Shown here in pieces: positions 52,792 to 62,243 of a stretch of 64,000 nucleotides of DNA (the first letter of the stretch is position 1; every line of letters starts with the position of its first letter). Source of the stretch: Gammaproteobacteria bacterium TMED78 (GTDB lineage: Bacteria > Pseudomonadota > Gammaproteobacteria > Steroidobacterales > Rariloculaceae); assembly GCA_002171615.1 (NCBI GenBank), contig NHEF01000014.1:16974-80973 (forward strand). Reading direction: 5' to 3'. Below the pieces are notes generated by a model that saw only the letters and a program-made list of their open reading frames with translations, was not told the DNA's origin and ran no database searches. Made by a program: the position numbers and the translations under genes.

Positions 52792-54021
52792 ATGAAGCAC
52801 TCGAATAGAATTGATGTAGTTATTATTGGGGCCGGGATAGCTGGGTTAGTGTTAGCAGCTCTTCTAGCAAAGCACTCAGAAAATCTTAGGATAAAAATTC
52901 TTGAGTCAAATAAGTCTTCTATTACTTGGAGTAAGAGCATATTTGACAAAAGGGTATATGCTATTTCAAGATCATCTCAAGTAGTTTTTGATTACCTTGG
53001 TATATGGCAAGATATTATTTCTAGAAGAATAAGCCCATACAGGAAGATGCAGATTTTTAATGATAGTGAGTCAAGAATTAATTTTGGTACTTTAAATTTT
53101 GAAAGCTCTGAGATTGGTGAGCCAGATCTGGGAAATATAGTAGAGGACTCCCTAATTAAAGAAAGGTTATTTAATTTGTTAGAGCGACTAGGGAATGTAT
53201 CTATAGACTTTAATCAGAAGATAGAGCTTATAGAAAATAAGGATAAATATATTGAAATTAGTACTTCTTCTGGAGATAAGTTTAGGTCAGGCTTATTAGT
53301 AGGGGCTGATGGAGTAAATTCTTCAGTTAGAAGTTTGTCCTCTATAGCTATAAAAAGACACTTATTTGATCAGTACTCAATAGTGACAAATATTATTACT
53401 GAAAAACCACATAATGAAACAGCTTATCAATTCTTCTTAGAAAATGGACCTCTTGCTTTCTTACCTCTAAAAGATAATAGAGTCTCTATAGTCTTATCAA
53501 CAAGTAAAGAACAAGCGATACATCTTTATGAATCTAGTGAGAAATATTTCTGCAAGTTATTAACTGGATTCAGTAATAAATTGCTTGGTAATGTTTTGTC
53601 TTGCGATTCAAAAAAATATTTTCCATTATGTTCTTTTAATGCTAAAAGATATTTTGTAAATAGAACCGTCTTAGTGGGTGACGCTGCTCACTCTGTTCAT
53701 CCATTAGCCGGTCAAGGAATCAATATGGGGATTACAGATGTAGTAATTTTATCTAGCATTCTAAAAAAATCTCTTTCTGCAGGATTAGATATTGGAGAAT
53801 TGAGAATTTTGAGAGAATACCAAAGAGAATCAAGATCCAATAACATAAAATACATTTTTGCTATAAATTCTTTGTACGATATTTTTAAGCAATCATCAAA
53901 TAGATCTAAACTTATTAAATCTTTAGGAATGTTTACTTTAAATCGTTCTAGTTACGCAAAGAATATACTTATGAGTATGGCTTTAGGAAATAGAAGGGAT
54001 GCTAAATTTAATTTTTTTTAA
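52792..54021 (+). CDS. ubiI: FAD-dependent ubiquinone biosynthesis hydroxylase, UbiI/VisC-like
   Basis: 409 aa. VVIIGAGIAGLVLA, GADGVNSSVR, GDAAHSVHPLAGQGINMGITD. Occupies the visC position after ubiH. The UbiI versus UbiF assignment is by context only. Confidence 0.75.
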   Translation: MKHSNRIDVVIIGAGIAGLVLAALLAKHSENLRIKILESNKSSITWSKSIFDKRVYAISRSSQVVFDYLGIWQDIISRRISPYRKMQIFNDSESRINFGTLNFESSEIGEPDLGNIVEDSLIKERLFNLLERLGNVSIDFNQKIELIENKDKYIEISTSSGDKFRSGLLVGADGVNSSVRSLSSIAIKRHLFDQYSIVTNIITEKPHNETAYQFFLENGPLAFLPLKDNRVSIVLSTSKEQAIHLYESSEKYFCKLLTGFSNKLLGNVLSCDSKKYFPLCSFNAKRYFVNRTVLVGDAAHSVHPLAGQGINMGITDVVILSSILKKSLSAGLDIGELRILREYQRESRSNNIKYIFAINSLYDIFKQSSNRSKLIKSLGMFTLNRSSYAKNILMSMALGNRRDAKFNFF

Positions 54022-54074
54022 TTACTTAGTAGAGTCTATTTAAAAGTTACGTTATGATTATATTTCAATTATTT

Positions 54075-54248
54075 GAATTGTCGGAGAGCCTTCACGTACG
54101 TGAAGCGCCGAAGGCGCAATAACCGCTAGGAAACGCTCAGGCAAAAGGACGACAATTCAGAATTGGCTCTGGAGAGCGGTCTAAATTGAGACCCACCGAA
54201 GGTGATACGTGTTTTTGACACTCAATCTCTCAGGTAATAGGACAGAGG
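54075..54248 (+). promoter_or_regulatory. Tandem glycine riboswitch (two aptamers) in the gcvT leader
   Basis: Aptamer 1: P1 GAATTGTC (54075-54082) with GACAATTC (54151-54158), containing GGAGAG ... GCCGAAGGCGCAA ... CTCAGGCAAAAGGAC. Aptamer 2: CTCTGGAGAG ... CACCGAAGGTGA ... CTCAGGTAATAGGACAGAG (54167-54247). A hairpin plus T5 at 54251-54276 is a possible expression platform. Confidence 0.9.
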
Positions 54249-54296
54249 AGCGGTTAGTCGAGAGGCTATCGTTTTTCTTATTACTTGGTGTATTTG

Positions 54297-55391
54297 ATGG
54301 ATAAAATAAATAAAACATACCTGTATTCTCAACATCAAAAATTAGGCGCTAAAATGCTTAATTTTGGTGGTTGGCATATGCCATTAGTTTATAGCTCTCA
54401 AATAGAAGAACATCATTCCGTTAGAAATAATTCAGGAATTTTTGATGTTTCTCATATGGGTATTATAGATCTAATAGGAGATAGGACGAATGATTTTCTC
54501 AGACTTCTTTTAGCAAATGATGTAAAGAAATTAGATAAATTAAATAAAGACTTTCTTGCCTTGTATTCATGTATGTTGAACCTTGATGGGGGAATAATAG
54601 ATGACTTAATTGTATATCGGTTGAGCAAAGATAGATATCGATTAGTACTTAATGCTAGTAGATTTGATAGAGATTTACAGTGGATCAAGCAAAATATTTT
54701 TGATGATATAGAAATAGTTTTACGAAATGACCTATCTATGCTTGCTATTCAAGGCCCAGAAGCTGAGGTACATTTAGGAGGTTATTTTAATATAAATGAT
54801 AGATTACATAGTCTTAGAAAGTTTAATGCTTTTGAATTAGATGAGGTTTTCATTGCTAGAACTGGCTATACAGGAGAGGATGGCTTTGAGATTATGATCC
54901 CGAATGAGAATGCTCAAAAGGTATGGACTGATTTAAACAATTATGGTGTCAAAAGCTGTGGATTGGGATCTAGAGATACTCTTCGTCTAGAGGCAGGATT
55001 AAATTTATATGGCCAAGAAATGGATGAAACAGTAAATCCTTTTGAGTCGGCACTTGCCTGGACTTTAGATTTTTCTTCAGAGAGGAACTTTTTAGGAAAG
55101 AAGGCTTTACAGAGTAGCTCAAATTCTGTTGTAAAAAGGAAGCTTGTTGGTGCAATTCTCGAAGGACAAGGAGTATTAAGAAATGGCTATACTGTTTATA
55201 CAGATAAAGGAGAGGGAGAGATTACTAGTGGATCATTTTCTCCAACAATGAGCCGTTCTATTGGCTTTGCTAGAGTACCTAGTGATGCTGAAGGGAAATG
55301 TAAAGTTAGCATAAGAAACAATAAAAGAGATATTGTTCTTGTCAAGCCACCATTTGTTAGGAATGGCAAGATAATAATAGATAGAAATTAG
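54297..55391 (+). CDS. gcvT: Glycine cleavage system aminomethyltransferase (T protein)
   Basis: The ATG at 54297 gives MDKINKTYLYSQHQKLGAKMLNFGGWHMPLVY ... GIFDVSHMG. The ORF-track TTG at 54285 is an unlikely extension. Confidence 0.96.
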   Translation: MDKINKTYLYSQHQKLGAKMLNFGGWHMPLVYSSQIEEHHSVRNNSGIFDVSHMGIIDLIGDRTNDFLRLLLANDVKKLDKLNKDFLALYSCMLNLDGGIIDDLIVYRLSKDRYRLVLNASRFDRDLQWIKQNIFDDIEIVLRNDLSMLAIQGPEAEVHLGGYFNINDRLHSLRKFNAFELDEVFIARTGYTGEDGFEIMIPNENAQKVWTDLNNYGVKSCGLGSRDTLRLEAGLNLYGQEMDETVNPFESALAWTLDFSSERNFLGKKALQSSSNSVVKRKLVGAILEGQGVLRNGYTVYTDKGEGEITSGSFSPTMSRSIGFARVPSDAEGKCKVSIRNNKRDIVLVKPPFVRNGKIIIDRN

Positions 55392-55414
55392 TTGGAATAA
55401 TTAAGGAGATTCTA

Positions 55415-55804
55415 ATGAGTGATATACCTGAAGACCTAAAATATACTAAAGATCATGAGTGGATCAAAACAGAAGAAGATGGACTATTTACTGTTGGAAT
55501 AACAGATCATGCTCAAGAAGCTTTAGGTGATTTAGTTTTTATTGAGTTGCCAGAAGTTGAAAGTAATCTTCCTTCTGGTCAGACATGTTCGGTAGTTGAA
55601 TCTGTTAAGGCAGCATCTGATGTTTATATCCCTCTGTCTGGAAAGATTGTAGAGGTTAATAATTTACTTTCAGATTCACCTGAGCTAGTTAATCAAGATC
55701 CATATGGGGATGGTTGGTTATTTAGGCTAAAAGCAAGCTCATCGGTAGAGCTTGATGATATGTTGGATAGTGATAGTTACGCTGAGCTACTAGATGAAGG
55801 ATAG
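55415..55804 (+). CDS. gcvH: Glycine cleavage system H protein
   Basis: 129 aa with the lipoyl-lysine motif VESVKAASDVY. Confidence 0.97.
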   Translation: MSDIPEDLKYTKDHEWIKTEEDGLFTVGITDHAQEALGDLVFIELPEVESNLPSGQTCSVVESVKAASDVYIPLSGKIVEVNNLLSDSPELVNQDPYGDGWLFRLKASSSVELDDMLDSDSYAELLDEG

Positions 55805-58607
55805 ATCAAAAAATTTTTCAGGAAGACATATAGGCCTTACAGATAAGGAGATAGGAGAGTCGCTTCAAGCTCTTGGTTATAAAGATATGGATCATTTTTT
55901 AGTTGATTTACTGCCTAAGTCAATTTCTAATTTTGATAGCTTAAAATTACCTGAGCCTCTTGATGAGGTATCGGCTTTAAGTGCTCTTGAAACAATATCA
56001 AAGAAAAATAAAGTTTTTCAAACATTTATAGGACAGGGTTTTTACAACTGCAATGTACCCGCCGTAATCAAGCGAAATGTTTTTGAAAATCCAGCCTGGT
56101 ATACTTCATATACTCCTTATCAACCAGAAATTTCCCAAGGCCGCTTAGAGGCTTTAATGAATTACCAAACTATGATTTCTGATTTAACAGGAATGGATAT
56201 TTCAAATGCTTCTTTGTTAGACGAGCCTACCGCTGCCGCAGAAGCGATGATGTTAGCAAATAGAGTGTCTAGCTCTAAATCAGATTTATTTTTTGTTCAT
56301 GAGAATAGCTTCCCCCAAACTATTGCAATAATTAAATCGAGAGCAAAGCCCTTAGGGATTGATATTGAAGTTGGTATAGAGATGGATCCTAAAAAAGAAT
56401 ATTTTGGATGTTATTATCAGTATCCTGGTAATGACGGCTCTATAGACGAGTTGTTAAACGTTGCTAAATTAACTGCAAAACAAAAAGGCCTATTTATTGT
56501 AGGTTCTGATTTATTAGCATTGACTATTATGAAGCCACCAGGTGAGTTTGGAGCTGATATAGTAGTTGGTTCATCTCAGCGATTCGGTGTTCCAATGGGA
56601 TTTGGTGGGCCTCATGCAGGATTTATAGCTGTTAAAGATAAATATAAAAGATCTTTACCTGGAAGATTAATAGGATTAACTAAAGATCAACAGGGAAGAC
56701 ATTGCTATAGATTGGCTCTTCAAACAAGAGAGCAACATATAAGAAGAGAAAAAGCTACAAGTAATATCTGCACAGCTCAAGCACTATTAGCTATTATGTC
56801 TAGTTTTTATGCAATTTATCATGGTCCTAAGGGATTGAGAGACATTGCAACAAGAGTGAATTCGCTTACTATAAATTTAGCAAATAAATTAATTACTAAA
56901 GGCTTAGAGATAAAAACAAAGAGTTTTTTCGATACTCTTGTGGTTAGAGTAGAAGATGCAAAAAATGTTCATGAGCTAGCTAAAGAATATGAAATAAATT
57001 TGCGCCATATTTCTCATGAACTTATAGGGATAAGTTTAGATGAAACTACCACTGAGGATGATTTAGAAATTATTCTTAAGCTCTTTGAAAATGGGAAATC
57101 AAGTACTAGCCTTATAAATAAGAGTTGGACAAAAGAATTTAATCGTATAACTAAATTTTTGACACATGAAGTATTTAACTCTCATCACACTGAAACACAG
57201 ATATTGAGATATATTAGAAGGCTATCTGATAAAGATATTGCTCTTGACAGATCTATGATTCCACTTGGCTCTTGTACCATGAAATTAAATGCTACTAGTG
57301 AAATGATACCAGTAGGTTGGGATGCCTTTTCTAATATTCATCCTTATGCTCCAGAAGAACAAGCTAAGGGATATTTAGAAATTATAAATAATTTAGAAGA
57401 CTGGTTATCACAGTTAACAGGTTATAAAGCTATTTCTCTTCAGCCTAATGCTGGTTCACAAGGGGAATATGCTGGTTTACTTGCAATTGATAGTTATCAT
57501 AAGGCTAATAATGATTTTTTAAGGGATATTTGTCTTATACCAGAGTCAGCACATGGCACTAATCCTGCTTCAGCGAAAATGGTAGGCTATGAAGTTGTCA
57601 TAGTTACTTGTAATGAAAATGGTGATATTGATTTAGGGGATTTAGAAGAAAAAGTTAAAGTATATGGAGAAAATATAGCTGCAATGATGATAACCTATCC
57701 CTCAACTCATGGGGTTTTTGAAGAAAACGTCAAACAAGTTTGTGATTTGATCCATAGTTGCGGTGGTTTAGTTTATATTGATGGAGCAAACTTTAATGCT
57801 ATGTTAGGCATGTGTTATCCAGGGCAATTTGGTGGTGACGTATCTCATTTAAATCTACATAAGACTTTTTGTATTCCTCATGGCGGTGGTGGACCAGGTG
57901 TTGGCCCAATTGGTGTCGTTGATAAGTTGACTCAGTACCTTCCAAGCGATCCTCTTGCTAATTATGACTCAGGCTATTCAATTTCTGGTTCAAAATTTGG
58001 AAGTGCTAGTATTCTTCCAATAAGCTGGATGTTTATCAGGATGATGGGTGAAAAATCACTTAGAAAGGCTTCTCAAGTCGCAATAATTAATACTAATTTA
58101 ATAGTTAACAAACTTAAAGATCACTTTAAGATTCTTTATACCGGTGAGAGTGGGTTGGTGGCACATGAGTGCATTCTTGATGTGAGAATATTTAAGAATT
58201 CTTGTGGTATTGAGGCTGAAGATATTGCAAAACGACTTATAGACTATGGATTTCATGCGCCAACAATGTCATGGCCAGTAGCTGGTACCTTAATGATTGA
58301 GCCAACAGAAAGTGAATCTTTAGATGAAATAAACCGTTTTTGTAATGCTATGATCAATATAAGAAAAGAGATTCGTAATGTTGAGGATGGCAAGGTACCT
58401 AGAGATGATAATCTGTTAAAAAATGCTCCCCATAGCGTGGACACTCTCGTTGGAGAATGGAAATATCCATATTCTAGAGAAGAAGCTTATTATCCGAATG
58501 ATCAAGCTAAAGATAATAAATACTGGCCTCCTATAGGAAGAGTAGATAATATCTATGGGGACCGAAATTTAGTTTGTTCTTGTCCTAGTATTAAAGATCT
58601 CAAGTAA
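55794..58607 (+). CDS. gcvP: Glycine dehydrogenase (decarboxylating), single-chain P protein
   Basis: 937 aa. RHIG near the N-terminus, PYQPEISQGRLE, and the PLP-lysine region NLHKTFCIPHGGGGPG. The start overlaps the gcvH end by 11 nt. Confidence 0.97.
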   Translation: MKDRSKNFSGRHIGLTDKEIGESLQALGYKDMDHFLVDLLPKSISNFDSLKLPEPLDEVSALSALETISKKNKVFQTFIGQGFYNCNVPAVIKRNVFENPAWYTSYTPYQPEISQGRLEALMNYQTMISDLTGMDISNASLLDEPTAAAEAMMLANRVSSSKSDLFFVHENSFPQTIAIIKSRAKPLGIDIEVGIEMDPKKEYFGCYYQYPGNDGSIDELLNVAKLTAKQKGLFIVGSDLLALTIMKPPGEFGADIVVGSSQRFGVPMGFGGPHAGFIAVKDKYKRSLPGRLIGLTKDQQGRHCYRLALQTREQHIRREKATSNICTAQALLAIMSSFYAIYHGPKGLRDIATRVNSLTINLANKLITKGLEIKTKSFFDTLVVRVEDAKNVHELAKEYEINLRHISHELIGISLDETTTEDDLEIILKLFENGKSSTSLINKSWTKEFNRITKFLTHEVFNSHHTETQILRYIRRLSDKDIALDRSMIPLGSCTMKLNATSEMIPVGWDAFSNIHPYAPEEQAKGYLEIINNLEDWLSQLTGYKAISLQPNAGSQGEYAGLLAIDSYHKANNDFLRDICLIPESAHGTNPASAKMVGYEVVIVTCNENGDIDLGDLEEKVKVYGENIAAMMITYPSTHGVFEENVKQVCDLIHSCGGLVYIDGANFNAMLGMCYPGQFGGDVSHLNLHKTFCIPHGGGGPGVGPIGVVDKLTQYLPSDPLANYDSGYSISGSKFGSASILPISWMFIRMMGEKSLRKASQVAIINTNLIVNKLKDHFKILYTGESGLVAHECILDVRIFKNSCGIEAEDIAKRLIDYGFHAPTMSWPVAGTLMIEPTESESLDEINRFCNAMINIRKEIRNVEDGKVPRDDNLLKNAPHSVDTLVGEWKYPYSREEAYYPNDQAKDNKYWPPIGRVDNIYGDRNLVCSCPSIKDLK

Positions 58608-58613
58608 AGAAAA

Positions 58614-61406
58614 ATGAAGAAAACCTGTATTTTATTATTTATATTATCTTTTTCAACAGCTTTGCATTCTCAGAATAATGTTTGGAACGAAATTCTAGAG
58701 AAAACTTCTTCGAGTGTAGTTTCTATTGAAATTGATATAGTTAGGTCTTTTGATACTGAAAGGAATCAATCAAGCCAAGCTACTGGCTTTATTGTTGATG
58801 CAGATAAAGGCATTATTCTGACAAATAGGCATGTGGTAACAACAGGTCCAATTAGAGCTCGTGCTATTTTTTTTAATCAAGAAAAAATTGAATTGACGCC
58901 TTTATATAGAGATCCTATTCATGATTTTGGATTTTTTAAATATGATCCGAATCAACTTGGTTTTACTAGTCCAGAAGGATTAAGCTTTTCTTCTGTTCCT
59001 TTAGAAGTTGGGGAGGAGATTCGTGTCTTAGGAAATGATGCAGGCGAGCAGCTGTCGATTTTAGCAGGAACTATAGCAAAATTAGATAGGCAGGCACCTG
59101 ACTATGGAAGAGGTAACTATAACGACTTTAATACTTTTTATTACCAGGCCGCCTCAAGCACTTCTGGAGGCTCTTCTGGCGCTCCAGTGATAAATATTAG
59201 AGGAGAAGTGGTCGCATTAAATGCTGGGGCAAATTCTCAGTCTGCTTCTAGTTTCTTCTTGCCACTTAATCAAATAAAGAGTGCCCTAGAGCAAATAAAG
59301 AATAATTTACTTGTTACAAGAGGAACATTGCTAACTGAATTTATTTATACACCTTTTGTTGAATTAAGAAGGCTTGGGCTACCAAGCTATGCGGAAGAAA
59401 TATCAAAAAGTTTTTTCCCTAGTCAGACAGGATTATTAATGGTTAGTAGAATATTGCCAGGATCAGATGCCGCCTCGTTACTAATGCCAGGAGATATTTT
59501 ATACAAAATTGATGGAGATATAGTTACTTCTTTTGAGCCACTAAGCCTAGTACTTGACAAAAGAGTAAATGAAAAAATTGAGGTAGAGTTATTTAGAAAT
59601 GGAAAGTTAGAGAAAAAAACTATTTCTGTTACAGACCTTCATTCAATAACACCAGATAGCTATATTGAGTATGGCGGCGGAATCTTCCATAACTTATCTT
59701 ATCAGCAGGCTCGCCACTATAATCTACCAATTAATGGTATTTATGTAGCTGATCCAGGGTATATTCTTGGCTCAGCAGCAATACCGAGAAGAAGTGTAAT
59801 TTTTGAGATAAATAACATAAAAGTAAGTGATCTAGAGACTTTTAAGGATATTATGGTACAAATACCTGCTAGAGCAAAAATAGTTGTTCGTTTTATTCAA
59901 ATAGATAGCCCAAGAGTTGAAAGACAAAGAATAGTATCTAATATTGAAAATTGGTTTCCCTCAAGATTTTGTATGAGAGATAGTCTTTCAGAACTGTGGC
60001 CATGTGAAAACATTTTTTTCCGTGAATCAGAATCAAGTTTGGCTATTGAAGCCCCTTCTTTTTCTTTGCCTGCGAGCAATGATTATCTTGATGAGATTAA
60101 TAAATCTCTAGTACTTGTTAATTTTGATATGCCATATTTGGTTTCTGGAGTTTCAGATAGGCATTATTATGGGACAGGCCTGATAGTTGATAAAGAAAGC
60201 GGCTTAGTTGTCGTTGATAGAAATACTGTGCCGGTTAGCATAGGAGATGTCAGAATCACTTTTGGGGGTTCGATAGAAGTGCCGGGGGAGGTGAGCTATA
60301 TTCATCCACTTCATAATTTAGCTATTGTTTCATATGATCCAGATCTTTTAGACGATTCATCAATTAAAAATGCGAAATTATTATCGTTAAATCTTAACCC
60401 AAGAGATGAGGTTACTGTTGTTGGGCTAAAGGCTGATCATCAATTATTTTCACAATCTAGTGAAGTGGCATCAACTGATTCTATAAATTTACCAAATTCA
60501 ATGTCATTTAGATTTATAGATTCAAATTTAGATGGAGTTAATCTTGTTAACGGACCTAATGATTTTGATGGTGTAATTCTTAATGATGACGGCTCAGTTA
60601 TTGCTCTCTGGTCAAGTTTTGCCTTTTCATCTGGTAGAGAGATGTCACAAAAAAATATAGGTATTCCTATAGATTTAGTCGAAGATATGATTTATAGATA
60701 CAAAGAAGGCCTACCTATCAGGTCATTAGATGTAAATTGGAGGTATATGCCGTTATCTGCTGCAAGAAAATTTGGAGTGCCGGATGAATGGATAGAAAGA
60801 TATGAAAGAGTTAATACAAAGACTCGAAGAATGCTTACCGTTGCAGGAGCTGTATCAGGCTCTCCTGTTGGAACTTTATTTGATGAGGGAGATATATTAT
60901 TAAGCATTAATAATGAGCCTATAAGCTCATATAGGAGCGCTGAGGTTGCTTCTCAAAAAGATAATATTGAAATAGCTCTATTTAGAAGAGGAGAAATAGT
61001 ATCTTTAGATATTGATAGTGGTTTTTTATTGCCTGGGAGTAATATTGGTCATGTATTTAATTGGGCTGGAGCTCTGATACAAGACCCCCATAGGCCTCTT
61101 TCGTTACAAACACCTATGGACAAAAAAGGCGTTTATATTTCTTCTATTAGTTATGGCTCACCTGCAAATAGATTTAGGCTTTTTGCTGGCAGAAAAATAA
61201 TCGCTCTTAATGGCCAAGAAATTTCTAATTTAGAACATTTTGTAAAGATTGTTGAAGATTTGGATACTAATATTCCTATTAGGCTCAATACCGTTAATTG
61301 GAATGGTCAATCACAAGTTATAACTTTAGATTTAGATGAGTATTTTTGGCCTAGCTATGGTTTAATTAGAAATGACGGAACGTGGAGTCGTTATTATTTA
61401 AATTAA
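58614..61406 (+). CDS. Secreted Nma111/DEG7-like double HtrA-type serine protease: active protease + 2 PDZ, then a degenerate protease + 2 PDZ
   Basis: 930 aa. Signal peptide MKKTCILLFILSFSTALHS. First module has His (LTNRHVV), Asp (YRDPIHDFGFF) and Ser (SGGSSGAPV). The second module aligns to the first (GTGLIVDKESGLVVVDRNTV ... IHPLHNLAIV ... DFDGVILNDDGSVIAL) but lacks the His and Ser. Four PDZ-like GD(I/V)L...ING segments. Confidence 0.8.
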   Translation: MKKTCILLFILSFSTALHSQNNVWNEILEKTSSSVVSIEIDIVRSFDTERNQSSQATGFIVDADKGIILTNRHVVTTGPIRARAIFFNQEKIELTPLYRDPIHDFGFFKYDPNQLGFTSPEGLSFSSVPLEVGEEIRVLGNDAGEQLSILAGTIAKLDRQAPDYGRGNYNDFNTFYYQAASSTSGGSSGAPVINIRGEVVALNAGANSQSASSFFLPLNQIKSALEQIKNNLLVTRGTLLTEFIYTPFVELRRLGLPSYAEEISKSFFPSQTGLLMVSRILPGSDAASLLMPGDILYKIDGDIVTSFEPLSLVLDKRVNEKIEVELFRNGKLEKKTISVTDLHSITPDSYIEYGGGIFHNLSYQQARHYNLPINGIYVADPGYILGSAAIPRRSVIFEINNIKVSDLETFKDIMVQIPARAKIVVRFIQIDSPRVERQRIVSNIENWFPSRFCMRDSLSELWPCENIFFRESESSLAIEAPSFSLPASNDYLDEINKSLVLVNFDMPYLVSGVSDRHYYGTGLIVDKESGLVVVDRNTVPVSIGDVRITFGGSIEVPGEVSYIHPLHNLAIVSYDPDLLDDSSIKNAKLLSLNLNPRDEVTVVGLKADHQLFSQSSEVASTDSINLPNSMSFRFIDSNLDGVNLVNGPNDFDGVILNDDGSVIALWSSFAFSSGREMSQKNIGIPIDLVEDMIYRYKEGLPIRSLDVNWRYMPLSAARKFGVPDEWIERYERVNTKTRRMLTVAGAVSGSPVGTLFDEGDILLSINNEPISSYRSAEVASQKDNIEIALFRRGEIVSLDIDSGFLLPGSNIGHVFNWAGALIQDPHRPLSLQTPMDKKGVYISSISYGSPANRFRLFAGRKIIALNGQEISNLEHFVKIVEDLDTNIPIRLNTVNWNGQSQVITLDLDEYFWPSYGLIRNDGTWSRYYLN

Positions 61407-61433
61407 GCTGATCGTTAAGTAATATTTTTTATT

Positions 61434-62228
61434 TTGATAAATTATCCAGAAATTTCACCAATAGCTATAGAGATCGGTCCTTTGCAGGTTAGATGGTATG
61501 GTCTTATGTATTTGGGAGGCTTTCTAATTGCTTGGCTAGGACTTAGGATGAGATCAAAAAATCCAGGTAGTCCCATTTCACCTTCAATGGTTGATGATCT
61601 TCTATTTTTAATTGCTCTTGGAGTCATTATTGGCGGCAGACTAGGCTACATAATATTTTATAGCTTTAATTCAGTATTTTCTGACCCTCTTGTTATATTT
61701 AGAGTTTGGGAAGGCGGAATGTCATTCCATGGAGGCTTAATTGGTGTTGCGGTAGCAATGATCTTTTTTGCTAAAAAGATAAATAAACCTATTTTTTCTA
61801 TTTCAGATTTTGTCTCACCATGGGTACCTCCTGGATTAGGTTTAGGAAGAATTGGAAATTTTATTAATGGAGAGCTATGGGGCTCACCAACTAGTGCAGA
61901 TGCAATTTGGGCGGTAAGTGTTAGAGGCGTACCAAGACATCCTTCACAAATTTATGAGGCATTCCTAGAGGGAATAGTCCTTTTTATTATTTTATGGCAT
62001 TTCTCGTCTAAGCCTAGACCTCTTGGAGTAATCACAGGCGCTTTTCTATTTTTTTATGGTCTATTTAGAGTTATTGTGGAATTTGTTAGGTTGCCTGATT
62101 TGCATCTGAATCCTCAGGCAGGGGGGTATATAGCTTTTGGTTGGGTAACGATGGGACAGCTCCTTTCTTTGCCAATGATTATATCTGGAGTTATATTGTG
62201 TTTACTTGCCTACAAACAGAAAAAATAG
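61434..62228 (+). CDS. lgt: Prolipoprotein diacylglyceryl transferase
   Basis: 264 aa with a TTG start. VRWYGLMYLGGF, WEGGMSFHGGLIG, GRIGNFINGELWG, RHPSQIYEAFLEG. Confidence 0.95.
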   Translation: MINYPEISPIAIEIGPLQVRWYGLMYLGGFLIAWLGLRMRSKNPGSPISPSMVDDLLFLIALGVIIGGRLGYIIFYSFNSVFSDPLVIFRVWEGGMSFHGGLIGVAVAMIFFAKKINKPIFSISDFVSPWVPPGLGLGRIGNFINGELWGSPTSADAIWAVSVRGVPRHPSQIYEAFLEGIVLFIILWHFSSKPRPLGVITGAFLFFYGLFRVIVEFVRLPDLHLNPQAGGYIAFGWVTMGQLLSLPMIISGVILCLLAYKQKK

Positions 62229-62243
62229 GGTAAAAGAATTTAT

